Part shown: one piece after another, positions 30,431 to 47,134 of the stretch
How the letters are laid out: each line of letters starts with the position of its first letter
How positions within the stretch are numbered: the stretch's first letter is position 1
Notes under the pieces: generated by a model
What the model saw: only the letters and a program-made list of their open reading frames with translations
The model's database searches: none
Told to the model about the DNA's origin: nothing
Assembly: GCF_009914755.1 (NCBI RefSeq)
Contig: NC_060939.1
Reading direction: 5' to 3' (one strand)
Length of the DNA: 64,000 bases
DNA from: the human T2T-CHM13v2.0 reference genome, Homo sapiens
Made by a program: the position numbers and the translations under genes

Positions 30431-31540
30431 GCAGAGCCAAGCATCCCGCTCGGCGAACGAGCTCCAGAGCCCATGCACTCAAAGGCAGAAGCTGCGCTGC
30501 ACAACGACGCCAAGAAGAGAACCTGGAGGGTCCAGGCTGGCAGAAATCAGGGAGGGCAAGGGCAAGGAGGAAGCCAAAAGCTAAGAACAAAGTCAGACAA
30601 ACGCCGAGGCAGAAGCCAGGGAAGCAGAGCATGTCACCAATTACTGGGGACATGCTCTGAGAGAGAGGGTTTGAGAACTGCCACTCACCGGCCGGGGACT
30701 GCTTGTTCTAAAGGTGCCTCAGGCTGAAATCCAGCTGGGCCTGTGCTCCAAGCCAGGAGTCCTGGCACAAAAACACGGATCTTTGCTCTTTCTGTCCGCA
30801 GGGCCTGGGATCTCAGCCCCACCCCAAGACAGTAGAAGAGAAGGGACCCAGGCAGGGGCTGTGGTCAGTGTAGAGCCTCTGGTTTACTAGGGAAGTCAAG
30901 CCTGCTGGTTCCCATTTTCTCCATAAATTACTCCCATTAAAGTCAAATATCCACATTAACTAAATTTTTGATATTTCACAGAATGGTTCCACAAAAAGAG
31001 TACTTTCATTTAGCTTTAAACAGCCCTTTCTGCTGACATCCAAATTCGTATTTCACTTCCCTCTCATCTTTAATTAAAGCTTATTATCCTCTGTGTAAAC
31101 CAAGAAGATTTATGACATTATTTAGTGAGTTTTCTTTTTTTAAATTATAAATAACAGTAAACTTCAGAAAATGCTCCAATTTCACAGTTATTTGTTTTCA
31201 AGATTTTTGGCCACACACTAAAGCTAAAGCTAACCTCCAAAAGGCGCAAGTCACATCTTAAATGAAAGCTCTGATCAAATCTAGTCCTCCCCAGCTTCTC
31301 TGGGCATAAATTGGAATTTTAAGCCATAGGCCAAGAGTTAAAACTATAGCTTCTGATTTGCTTCCAATGCGATCTGTAACTAGTTATTCATGGTCCAAAG
31401 AAAAGTTTGGATTCATGTCAGAACCGCCTCATACACACAGCCATCTGAAAAGTCCCAGAGAAGCCCTGTTTAAATGCAATCCAAACTGATCCTGCCATGT
31501 TTCTTCTAAAAGAAGGAACCATTTCCTGTCTCGTGTATGG

Positions 31541-31846
31541 TTTCTTTTCCTTTCTTTCTTTCTTTTTTGAGACAAGATCTTGCTTTGTCACCCAGGCTAG
31601 AGTGCAGCTTCACCATTATAGCTCACTGTCTTGACTCATGCAGTCCTTCTGCCTCAGCCTCCTGAATAGCTGGGACTATAGGCCCATGCCATTGTGCCTG
31701 GCTAATTTTATTTTATTTTATTTTTTATAGAGACAAGGTCTCGCTGTGTTGCCCAGGCTGGTCTCCAACTCCTGGCCTCGAGCAATCCTCCCACCGCAGA
31801 CTCCCAAAAAGCTTGGAATTACAGGTGTCAGCCACCACGCTGAGCC
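31541..31846 (-). mobile_element. AluJ SINE
   Basis: Antisense Alu with a (CTTT)n tail; TSD-like tatggtttctt / tatggcatctt. Confidence 0.9.
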
Positions 31847-32519
31847 TATGGCATCTTAATTTTTAAATTTTTCATCTCTTTTCACTATTTTTTCTACAGG
31901 AGATCATTATTTCATTTAATATAGATACCCATAGTCACAAAGAGACTTAGGACTTCAGAATCAGAAAACAAATCAAAAAAATACAATGTCCTACTACAAG
32001 AAAATAGTTTTTACCTTAAAAACCATGGAGAAAGGAAAGTGCTAGGAAACGATGGACCAAAGTGATTGTGATTGAAAAGAAGATAAGGGGCAACTGGAAC
32101 AAAGCATTCACATGAAGTCCGTCAGCACCTAGAAGGGCTCATCAGGAGTCTACGCAGGCTCGCCAACACAGCAGCAACTGCAACACTCACTGCTCTTTTA
32201 CTGACAGGATCAAGGCATGTAGACACGGTATCTGCGAGGCAGAGGTCAATTCAGATTTTTAATTTCTCTCCTGCAGCCCAGAGCCTTGTATTGGGAGACC
32301 AAACTTCCATTCACTGTCATGGCATTCTGGAGGGCACAGAGAGTCAGGTGTAACAAATATAGAGGGGCACCATCTGGGATGGGTGGGGAGTATTGTCAGA
32401 TTCTGCGTCAGGGTGCAAGGGGTGGGCGAGCTTACCAGAGTGAGGGGAAATCTATAAGGAATACATGTCCAACCTTGCACTAGAGTTTGAAAAAACATCA
32501 ACTTTTAAGTGCTGAATCC

Positions 32520-33010
32520 TGAATGCATTTATTGAGTCCAAAAATATCTGTGTATGTCTTCAATGTGTCAGGCACTGTTCTCAGTTTGGGCATGCGGCAG
32601 TGAATAAAACTGTCAAGTAAATTTCACACAGTGAGAGGGCAAGAGGCTTGATACATCATATAGGGTATTAGAAGGTGGTAAGTGGGGGAAATGGAAACAG
32701 GGGGAGGTCTAGGACAGGGAGCAGCAATGTTGAACGGGTCTGGCCTCACTGAAATGTCAACAGAACGAGAAGAGGGCCGCAGGGCTGCAGCTACGTGAGG
32801 AACAATGTTCCCGACTCAGGGAGCAGTGTGGAGGCGTGTGGCTGGAGCTGAGCTGGAGAGGAGAATCCAGGAAGACCGGCTCGGGAGTGGGAGGGGTGGT
32901 TGCAGATGGAGGAGTTGGCTTTTAGCCTGAGAGAATGTGGAGTCTTCGGAGCATTTCCATTACAGGAGTGACAGGATTTGGAATGAGCTTTGAAAGGTTC
33001 GCAAAAGTAG
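32520..33010 (-). mobile_element. L2a-like fragment
   Basis: catttattgag...tgtgtcaggcactgttctc...ggctggagctgag...acaggagtgacaggatttg, typical of antisense L2. Confidence 0.7.
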
Positions 33011-34023
33011 CTCTGAAGAAGTGGGGTTATGTGGCTTCTGCAATGTGACCCGCGATTTGGCACAACCTTGAGAACTCCAGCCCCAGTAGGAAAATGGCCA
33101 AAGGCCATAAAGAAGTCACACAAGAATTCACAGAAGAATATTTTCAGCCCCATGGTGTCATATGAGTAAAACCACACAGTTCCATTTCAGCACCAGGTGG
33201 GAACCTGTCTCCTATAAGTTAAGCGGTATAAATGAAAATTTAATCATGATTTTCCCTTTCATAGAATTGTGGCCTAACTTCTGAATTCTGATAAAATAAC
33301 TTAACATTGGCCAACAAGATCACTCAGCATCTGAGACCTAATTTGATAACCATAACTCAAATATCTCATCAACTGAAGTTGCAATTAACAAAAAGTCCAG
33401 TTGGCAGAGCAGGGCCTGGATGATGAACGATTCACAGCTGATCTGGGGCTGCCGCCTCTACGGCGGTGTCTTCTTTCCAGACCCCCCGAAAGTTCACAGA
33501 CTGTCACACATGCACACAACTCCCGTGGCCCTGCAAAACCAGCTCCCATCAGGAAACATGTGGGCTCCTTCCTGCATGGTACAGTGAAAAGCAAAATCCT
33601 AACGTACTTACTCGCATTAAAAAAAATAAAATGAGAAGACTCAGTTTTATGTCTACACAACTGCAAAAACAAAACAAAAGTCAGAGATGTGAACTCCAGA
33701 TTGTTAACATATCTGCTGAAACAAACAGAACAGTTTAATCAGGAATGTGTACAAGCTATATTGCATACAAATTGGCATCAATCATGAATAAATGAATTTT
33801 GGCTTTTTGCATCTCATGTATGGGACTTATTTACATGGCATACTGGCAAACTGGAATGTAAACTAACAATATAAATGATATTGCAATTTAGGAGCATCCC
33901 CAAGCTGCCAGAAATAGGAAGAAGGCAGTGTTTTGGTTTCCTACAGTATGGAAAACTTATAGTGATAACCCAACTAATTCATAGCAAGGGGGAGAAGACA
34001 GCACACTAACCTTTAATAAATTA

Positions 34024-34320
<297 letters not shown>

Positions 34321-35036
34321 TTAATTGGAGCTGTTTTCCCTTTTCTGCAGGTACTGAAAACCATCTTATGCCTGCCTATAGGCATCTCCATTTAAGGGCT
34401 TCCCACACCCTGAAATACAAACACTACCAACCAAGCTATAAATTATATTGCTTTCTACTCCTGTTTCTACTAGCTATTTCTTTAAAATTTGCTAAAATCT
34501 GCCTACAAAACTATCTAAACTTGGTGTCTATTAAGAAATAGGGGGATTTTTCAACTCTAATTTGAGTTCTTTAATAACTATTTCTGTTTGGGTTTTCTAT
34601 TTCTTCTTAAGTTTGGCTATATTATTTATAAATTAAGCCATCTCATCTAAATCTTCAAATATATTGGCATAAGGTTGCTGATTATCATGTCTGAAATCTC
34701 TTGTTTATATTATTTTCCTTTCATATTTCTCCATTATTCATGTTTCTTCTCTTTTATTGTAATCAATAACAGGTGTATGTACTTATAACTCTTTTCAAAG
34801 AATTTTTGATTGCCTCTATTGCTTCTTGGATATCCATTTCGTTACTTTTCCTTTAATCTTACTTATTCTTTTTGTGAATGTATGCATTTACTTTGATTAA
34901 GAATTTCAAACAGAAATTTAAGTTTATCTCTGGTGTTTGTGAAATGTGAAAAGTAACTGAAAACTGCAAAAACAAACAAAAACTCCTAAAGCTCCCACCA
35001 AAAGTTTTGCAATAATTATTAATATTTCATAAGAGA

Positions 35037-35358
35037 GGGTGGGTATGGTGGCTCACGCCTGTAATCTCAGCACTTTGGGAGGCCGAGTTGGGTGGATTAC
35101 CTGAGGTCAGGAGTTTGAGACCAGCCTAGCCAACATGGTGAAACCCTGTCTATACTAAAAATACAAAAATTAGCTGGGCATGGTGGCGTGCGCCTGTAAT
35201 GCCAGCTACTTGGGAGGCTGAGGCAGGGCAATCGCTTGACCCAGGAGGCAGAGGCTGCAGTGAGCCAAGATCACGCCACTGCACTCCAGCCTGAGCAAGA
35301 GTGAGACTCCGTCTAAAATAAATAAATAAATATATATATAATACACATACATTTATAC
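35037..35358 (+). mobile_element. AluS SINE whose tail has become (AAAT)/(AT)/(AC) repeats
   Basis: TSD atttcataagaga at 35024-35036 and 35359-35371. Confidence 0.95.
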
Positions 35359-35389
35359 ATTTCATAAGAGATAAGAGAACACATCAATG

Positions 35390-35747
35390 CAGTCACAAGT
35401 CACTTAATGACAAAGATACAATCTGAGAAATGTGTCATTCTGAGCAATGCAAATGGTAACTTCATCATTGTGCAAACCTCAGAGAGTGCACTCGCACTAA
35501 CCTAGATGGCATAGCCTACTATACATGCCTAGGCTATATGGTGTAGCCTATTGCTCCTGGGCTACAAACCTGCACAGCATGTACTGTACTAAACACTGTA
35601 GGCAACTGTAATGCAATGGTAAGTATTTGTGTATCTAAGCATATCTAAACATAGACAAAGTGCATAAAATGTGATACAATACCACTGTCCTATATGTGGT
35701 CTGTCATCGATGGACCATTATAGACATCATTATGCAGCACAAAACTG
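35390..35747 (+). mobile_element. Tigger3a/MER7-like DNA transposon remnant
   Basis: cagtca...aacctagatggcatagcctactatac...ctaggctatatggtgtagcctattgctcctgggctacaaacctg...actg(ta). Confidence 0.85.
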
Positions 35748-36014
35748 TATTTTATTCATTCCACAGATGACATGGGAGTCTTCTTATTTTTGTAATCAAT
35801 AATAACAGGTGTGTGATCAATAATAACAGGAGGAGTGATATGCTAATTAGGAACTAAGGATGTGCAAGATAAATGTTTATACTCCAAGAATGAAACAGAA
35901 ACGAAAAATTAAAAGTAATAACAATAAGATGATTAACAATATCAATAGCAACTAACAGTAGTTTCTTGGTTACTTATCACATGCTAGGTAATGTTCTAAC
36001 TATTTCATATGAAA

Positions 36015-36610
36015 TTTATTTATTTTATTTTATTTTGAGACAGGGTCTCACTCTGTCATCCAGGCTGGAGTGCAGTCATTGCAATCATAGCTCACTGCAG
36101 CCTCAAACTCCTGGGCTCAAGCAATCCTCCCATCTCAGCCTCCCAAGTTGCTGGCACTACAGGCACATGCCACCACACACAGCTTTTTTATTTTTTTTTT
36201 GGTAGAGATGGGGTAGGGGGTTTCACTTTGTTGCCAACTCTTGGTCTCAAGCTATCCTCCTACCTCCACCTCCCAAAGCACTGGGATTACATGCACGAGC
36301 CACCACGTCCAACTAATTTTACTTTCTGTAGACAGGGTCTTGCTATGTTGCCCAGGCAACAATGTAGTGGCACAATCATAACTAACTATAACCTTGAACT
36401 CCTGGACTCAAGCGATCCTCCCACCTCAGCCTCCTGAGTAGCTGTGACTACAGGTGTGTGCAACCATACCGGGCTAATTTTTAAATTTTTTGTAGTGATG
36501 TGGTCTCACTATGTTGCTCGGGCTGGACTCTAACTCCTGGCTTCAAGCAATCCTCCTGCCTTGGCCTCCCAAAGCACTGGGATTACAGGTGTGAGCCACT
36601 GCACCTGGCT
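36015..36610 (-). mobile_element. Two adjacent AluJ SINEs (~36015-36313 and ~36318-36610) within a MIR
   Basis: Two antisense Alu dimers; MIR core ttacagatgaaat follows at ~36680. Confidence 0.88.
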
Positions 36611-38069
36611 TCATAGGAAATTTAATCCTCAAAAGATCCCATATAGAATGATGGAGGTTAACACTGTTCTCCCCACTTTACAGATGAAATCCCCAGGAAT
36701 GAAGGCGGTGAGAGCTAGCAAGTGGGTGGTGTATAAGGCAAATCATTATTAATAGCCACAAGCACATTACACAGAGTCTTAGTTTTAACTTCAATGGAAG
36801 TTTTATTGTTTTTGACAGTTGCCAAAGCAGATCAGATACTGTGATTAGGTACACGGTTTCTTCCTGCTTATGAAATTACATTCTGAAGCCCTTCGGTCTC
36901 ATTCCCCGGCTGCCTCCACTCTTTCTTGTAACCGCTCGCCTGTCACCTGTCTGATGTGCATCACCAGCTCATTCATCACCTGGCAGATTTACTAACTCAC
37001 TCATCATGCAGACACTGATGAGCCTGTCCTTCCGCATTCATCCCCACACCCTGGCTGCCGCTCACTCTGACATACCGCCGCCTGTCACTGTTTGCCAGCC
37101 AAACCGATACTTTTCTTAGGAGCTGCTATTAGCTCATTTGTCAGATTATTTTATTCCTTTTTGCTTATCAACTTCCCTTCAGACATCTTTTAGAATTTTT
37201 TCTTCTTGTTCTCCTCTGCCAACCACTTGGCTCATTTGCTTATCACCTGATATTATTCACCCCTCATCATTCGACAGCTTTTCAGATTCTATTAGTCAAC
37301 ATACATAATGTGAGTTCTATCTCTTGTTTCTATTAGGTTAAACCCATACAAATCTTGCTCTGTGCCAAGTGACTTAGAATTTGCATGGGGATGACACTTA
37401 CATTAGAGCATATTCACTATGGCACATGAATATCAGTTATAAAACTCACATTCCCTTTCACAGGTCAGAAAATGTGGGATAGCAGCAGCCTTTTAAAAGG
37501 TAACACACAGCGGCATTTTTTTTTAATGTTTAAAAATATATAAATAATTTATTCTCCCCATTGCACAGAATGGCAATATGTTCTCTCCTAGGTGATTGAA
37601 AAGGTTTTTGTCTTTAGTCTCTTATGGACTGGTGCATTTGATGGGGATCCAGAAAAAAAGATGGGACTAAGTGCTGCACGCAAAAGAGAACTGGCCATGA
37701 AGAGGACCCACCCGCCAGACAAGAGCCCTGTGTGTCTGCCTGGGAAGGAGAGGAGCTCATTCCTGAAGGTCCCACCTGGACGGGCTGTTTGCTTATGAAT
37801 GTATGCACTTAGGTAGGTAGGTAGGTAGGTAAATGTGTCTATGCATGTATACACATAAGCGTATGAATCTATGTCTATGGGTGTGTGTATGTTGCATGGA
37901 AGTACACATGTATGCAGCAGGCTAACACTGACTGCATTTACTGTGTGCAAGTCTCTGCAATATGCTCCCAAGACACAGTAGCTCATTTAGTCATTACAAC
38001 AACCTTTGCAATAGAAATACCAATGGCCACCCATATTCACTGGTTCTCATTTGCCTGGCTGTGTTCTAA

Positions 38070-38290
38070 GCCTTGCCACCACCTGGGAGGTAGGTTCTAT
38101 CATTTTCCCCCATGAAATAAATGAATGAACTGAGCCTCACGGGGATAGAGTTACTCACCCAATGGAGGAGCTCTTATGATCCCCATGTTACCAGTGGGGA
38201 GACTGAGGCACAGAGAAGTTCAGAAAGTCACTTGAGGCCATACAGTAAGAAATAGAGTCTGTACCCTTAAGCACATCACACTACTTCCCA
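38070..38290 (-). mobile_element. MIR fragments
   Basis: MIR core gggagactgaggcacagagaagtt. Confidence 0.7.
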
Positions 38291-38309
38291 GTAGAGAAAG
38301 ATCACCTTC

Positions 38310-38814
38310 TGTGATGCTTAATTTTACGAGCCAACTTGACAGGGCTAAGAGGTACCCAGAGAGCTGGTTGAGCATCATTTCTGGGTATGTGTGTCAGGGT
38401 GTCTCCAGAAGAGGCTAGGATTTGAATCTGTAGACTGGAGTAGAGAAGATCACCCTCACCAATGTGGGTGCACCTCATCCAGTCCACTGAGGGCCCACAT
38501 AGAACAAAAAGGCAGAGGAAGGGCGCCGTCTCTCTCCCCTTGAGCTGGAACATCCATCTTCTGTCCTTGGCCATCAGAGCTTCTGCTTCTCCCACCTTCA
38601 GACTCCAGGACTTAACACCAGCAGCTCCACCCCTCCTCCTGTTCTCAGGCCTTCGGGCTCTGGCTGAAGCACACCACCAGCCTTCCAGGGTCTCCAGCCT
38701 GGAGATGGCAGATTGTGGGACTTCTTGGCCTTCACAAGTGCATGAACCTATTCCCATGATCAATGTCCTGTATACCCCATTGGTTCTGTTTCTCTGGAGA
38801 GTCCTCCTAATACA
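38310..38814 (+). mobile_element. MLT2C-like (ERVL) solo LTR
   Basis: tgtgatgcttaatttt...ccaacttgac...cattggttctgtttctctggagagtcctcctaataca. TSD ccttc / ctttc. Confidence 0.88.
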
Positions 38815-39257
38815 CTTTCCTTTTAAGAATGTATAAAAAGACATACATATGTGTACACACATTCACAGCTCAATTAAGACCCTTCTATCATGAGAGAATG
38901 GAGACACGTTCTAAGACACTAGGGGATCGGGGGTGGGAGAGGGCCTGGCTCCAAAATAGATATTTTGATGAAACCAGAGTAAATTCTTAGAAATTTTCTG
39001 AGTCTCACGGTGATAAACAGACACTGTCTCTATGAAACACGCACAAGTTTCAATGATAGAAAAGGAAGAGATGAGAATAGCTAGCGACCAGAAGGAAACA
39101 CACCAAGAGAAAAGGAGACTGCCCCAAAACAGAAAGAGAGACTGGACCAGTTAAAACTCTGCACTGGAAATAGTTAAGACCAGGCCAGATACTGCAAAAA
39201 AAGAAAAAACTGGTAAAAATATTTTCTGTAGAGCAGTATTTTACATTTCCCCTCATT

Positions 39258-39690
39258 TTGCTAGATTTTTCTGTTTGCCCTCCAGATCCACCATACACCT
39301 TTACTGCTGCCTGGAGGCTGATCTTGATGAGGCTTCCCTGTTTTCCACTGGGTTCAGACTTGGGCAGCACTGAGGGGAGACTGGAGTGGGCAAGGCATGG
39401 CAACTGGGGTATTTGTTTCCTCTCTGCTGGAAAGGACCAGTGCCTGCATTCTCTCACCAAAGGCCACCCCTGTCTCAGGGTGAATCCTACGAATTCAGGT
39501 CTCACTCCAGGCCCCAGAGCCACTCCCTCCCTGTGCTGTTAAGGTCCAGGAGCCAGGGCAGCTCTCAGCTATGGCTAGCCCTGACAGCCTCACCATTTCT
39601 GCCCCTACCTTTGTAAATAGTCACCCCATTAAACTCCCCATTACCCAATTTAAATATGTCATCTGCTTCCTGCTGGGATACTGAGTATGA
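39258..39690 (+). mobile_element. LTR33-like (ERVL) solo LTR
   Basis: The 3' end tttgtaaatagtcaccccattaaactc...ttacccaattt...catctgcttcctgctggga matches recalled LTR33. Confidence 0.7.
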
Positions 39691-40627
39691 AGTGCTCCAG
39701 GCATCCCCCAGGACAGAGCCCCTGTATCATGATCTGTTTTATAAACCGTGGTTCTGGACAGTAATTTGAGTTTTTAAAGGTCCCATTGGCTTTTTTTTTT
39801 TTAAGCTTAAAAACCAAAGATGAAGTTTAAATTTGAGAAGCATTCATGAGAATGCCAAAAAAGGGACAGAGTGATACAAATAAAAAAAAAAAACCTCACA
39901 CTTGGAGGATCAGAAGCTGAGATTTAAATGATTAATAATGCATGCTTCCAGAGAAGAGCCCAGAACAAATCATTCTGTTCTCATTATGTAGTGAAACTTA
40001 CACTGGCTTCAGACCTTTCCTCAAATTGCTAATGCCAGAAAAACTGATTGCTCAAGAATTCTGAATCTAACCAAATTACTCTTACATTGAAAGTAACAGA
40101 TGGCTACTTTCATTTATACACTGTGGGAAATATATATCACCCATGTCCCCATGGTGAAGAGATGAATGAAAATTCAGAACGTAAGAGAGCTGAAGTCAGA
40201 TAGTAAGCAAATGATGGAGAGTGGAATGGCTGAGCTAAATAAGGGGTCCCACGAAGAGGAGGCTTTATAACCTGAGTTCCCTATGTAAAATTAAAATGTG
40301 AAGGGGGTTTTAGATGCACAGAATAAAAAATGCTAATTTACTCATTTTTCCATAAGGAAAAGATGTTAAAATTGACTTTTTTTGGGAGTATCACTTACCT
40401 ACGAGGCAATGTTCTCTGTTCCAATAGCGATGGTGGTCACCCAGGGGCTTACATTTGCTGAAGCTCATTGAACTCTATTCTTAAAACAAGTGCATCTTGT
40501 TCTATGTGAGGATGTGAGGATGAGAAGATTTTTATCTTTGGTTTTGGTAATTTGATAAATGTAGGGTTGAGGATACTTTTGAAAAATCAACAAGATGGTC
40601 TAGAAGTGAAGAAGATATGAAATGTAT

Positions 40628-40632
40628 ATATA

Positions 40633-40703
<71 letters not shown>

Positions 40704-40982
40704 AGACGGAGTCTCGCTCTGTCGCCCAGGCTGGAGTGCAGTGGCGTGATCTCAGCTCACTGCAGGCTCTGCCTCCTGGGTTCACGCCATTCTCCCACCT
40801 CGCCTCCCGAGTAGCTGGGACCACAGGCGACCACTACCACACCCAGCTAATTTTTTATATTTTTAGTAGAGACGGGGTTTCACTGTGTTAGCCAGGATGG
40901 TCTTGATCTCCTGACCTCGTGATCCGCCCGCCTCGGCCTCCCAAAGTGCTGAGATTACAGGAGTGAGCCACCGCGCCTGGCC
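40628..40982 (-). mobile_element. AluY with a polyT plus (TA)n(TG)n tail
   Basis: TSD tgaaatgtat at 40618-40627 and 40983-40992 encloses both the microsatellite and the Alu. Confidence 0.95.
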
Positions 40983-40989
40983 TGAAATG

Positions 40990-43500
<2,511 letters not shown>

Positions 43501-43730
43501 AAGAGCCGCAGTGAATATGAACATGAATATGGATCATGTAGGAAAAAGCTGTTATGGAAAAAAACTGCAAAAGCTAACAGTAGCTGTGGGCCAGGGCAGA
43601 ACACGAAGGAGTGTTTTCTAAGCTGTTTCCCTGCATTTTCCAGGTTTTCTGTAATACACATCTATACTCACTTATCAGGAAAACCATAACTGTAAAGATC
43701 TGTGTTTTGGTGAGGATATCACACGTTTAA

Positions 43731-44088
<358 letters not shown>

Positions 44089-46645
44089 AGTTTCAATCAA
44101 TTATTCTATCTATTGTTGAACCACACAAACTAAAGAGCAAAACAAATTTGAAACCTTTGAGTCTTCCTTCCCTTACTAATCAGAATTTTTATATTTTGAC
44201 AAGGAAACATAGATCTACAGCAATTTGATTAAATACACATGAAAATCAGGGTAAAATAAAATTGTTTCAACTTCATCCCACTATTTATTGTATATCATAA
44301 AATTATTCAGGAATCAAAGATAAGGTTCATGAATAATATTCTTCATTAAAAGAGGGTGGATGTTTGAAAGAAAATCTGGTAACTAATAGCCTATAAGGTA
44401 GAATTTTTTAAAACCTGGGTACGTAGAGAGAGTTCCTCAGAATTGCATATTAAATTCACTTTCAATTAGTATGGTTCAGCATTTTATTCTGATGATTTAT
44501 TTGTATGCTTGGTAATACTTTTTAAATTAACTGTGCCACAGACAGACATATCACATACTTCACAGTTATAATAATTTTTTCTAACGCTATATCTTTATAA
44601 CGGTAATTGCCTTCTTTCTGAAAGAATACGCATTTTGAATCTAGTGACACTTCATTTATTACTTTTCTTATATTAGAGCTACCTCAGCATATTAGATTTT
44701 TTCTTAATGACTTTTTTCTATTAGGAGACCATGAAGACCCCAGGGCAAAGGAAGTCCATTAGGAAAGGGGGGCATTTTAGAGGAGGCAGGAATTTCTAAG
44801 GTAGACATCAGACAATTCTTGTCAAGAACAGACTGAACACGAGATCCTCCATTTCCTGTGAACTATAGATTAATTTTGATATCTGTACAAACAAGATTAT
44901 GAAATTTGCAATATTCATCATTAATACAGTGAATTAAATTCCTCACATAGCAAAACATACATCAAGTATGTCACTGCTCACTGCACCTCCCACTCTCAGT
45001 TGACACATCACCCTGCACAGCTCCTCCCTGGACAACTCCAGCTGACCAGAGTACCTGCTTATACCACGTGGAACAGGAGACCGAGGATCCTCTCACCCTG
45101 ACAGCTGCCTTGCTCTCTCCTGGAACATAGCAGCAGGTGATTATTCAGTGTGGGGGCAAAAAGAGTCCCTATCACTCCTCTGGTCTGAGAGCCAGATGCT
45201 AGAGTATGTCCAGGAAGCACTTCCGAGAAGCTATTCCCTGGACAGGCTGAGCCGCCTTGGGGCAGTCACCCATCTCCTGAAGCCAGGAGTGCTGGAGCAC
45301 AGGCTGAGAATGACTCTGAGGCTGGAGAGAAGACTCAACAACCTGTTGGTGGCTCCACCACGGCTGTCCCTTTCTCCCAAAACTTTCTACAGCTCGATTT
45401 ACTCCTGGACCCCTGCACCTGGTGCTTTTCCTGCTTCCTGGATTTTGTCTTGGTTGTTCTGCTGGCCTGCAAGGAGTCTACTCTCTGATCTACCCGCCCA
45501 AACTCCACCCATCCAATAATATTTGGGCTGAATCCCATTCTCACTGTAAGATTCAGTCTGAATCAGTCTTCTCCTACTTCAACCTTAGTGGAAGCAGCAT
45601 GACACAATGAAAAGAGCATGCCCTCTGAAATCAGACACACCTAGACTCCTCCATCCAAGCTTTAGCAATTACCCTTGTATTATGCTACCCAAGTACATAA
45701 TCCCTTTGAAAAGGACATGCTCTTCAAATGCAGCTGTGAATACTTGTCTTGGGCCAATGTATAAAAAGCACCAGGTAGGCACCAGTTTCCTCTTATCTTT
45801 CTAAATAAAAATTATATACAAAATTCATTTCTCGATTTCTAACTTGCAGCAATTTCCTCCCATTATCTTATACAACTTTATGTATCTTTAACATTTTATT
45901 GATATTTTTATTTCCCCAACTCATATCATAACCTCACCTAGAACCTAAACCTAAATACCATATCTTAACCTTCTTAGTTTCCAAGTCATTGCACGGCTCA
46001 GGGCCCTGTGCAATGCATTTCATTACTGCGGCACAACAGGCTCTGAGCCTCATCTCATGGCAATTCTGACGACCACTCTGTGCTCACGGTGTGCTGATGG
46101 TGTCCTTTATGTATCCAGGACAGATAGAACAAGGAACTGCTGACCAGGCAGGTTACAGAATCAGCCCAGGGTTAGACACTTACAGGTCCAATGGGGAAGC
46201 ACCCCAGGAAACATGTAACAAAGCCTCCATTAGCAGCAGCTGGACAAATTCTTCCCCTCTTCTGGAAACATCCTTAAGCTTTGCTGATGCCCACACCTGG
46301 GGATACTAAGTGGTTTATTGTAATCAAGAAATGTATCATGGTCTTGGGGTCCAGCTACATGCAACTCACTTCACAGCACATTAACCAACAGACACGGATC
46401 ACAGGAAAATCACTCCAGCCATAAAGAAACACACAGACTCTGGGACTCCATCCAGAGGCACATCCCAGGGCTTCTGAGCTCCCAGAGACGGCCCCCACTC
46501 AGTGCTGTTCCACAGACCTTACCACCCACTCAGTCTCTACCTTCACAGGAAGAGAGTAACATTACCCAGACAGGGCTATGAGAATAACTCACTCTTTCTC
46601 AGAAGCTTCTCAGCCAGTCAGAAGCAGCAATCAGGGAAAAGTTGA

Positions 46646-47134
<489 letters not shown>

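Noticed and set aside
38302-38862. Longest ORF in the track (186 aa, minus strand)
   Set aside because: Lies almost wholly antisense within an MLT2 LTR; no domain-like content.
40390-40405. Consensus minus-strand donor GTAG|GTAAGT
   Set aside because: Next to degraded L1-like sequence with no convincing upstream acceptor.
45148-45519. 123-aa + strand ORF in unique DNA
   Set aside because: GTG start, no recognisable homology or splice structure, and opposite to the inferred host strand.
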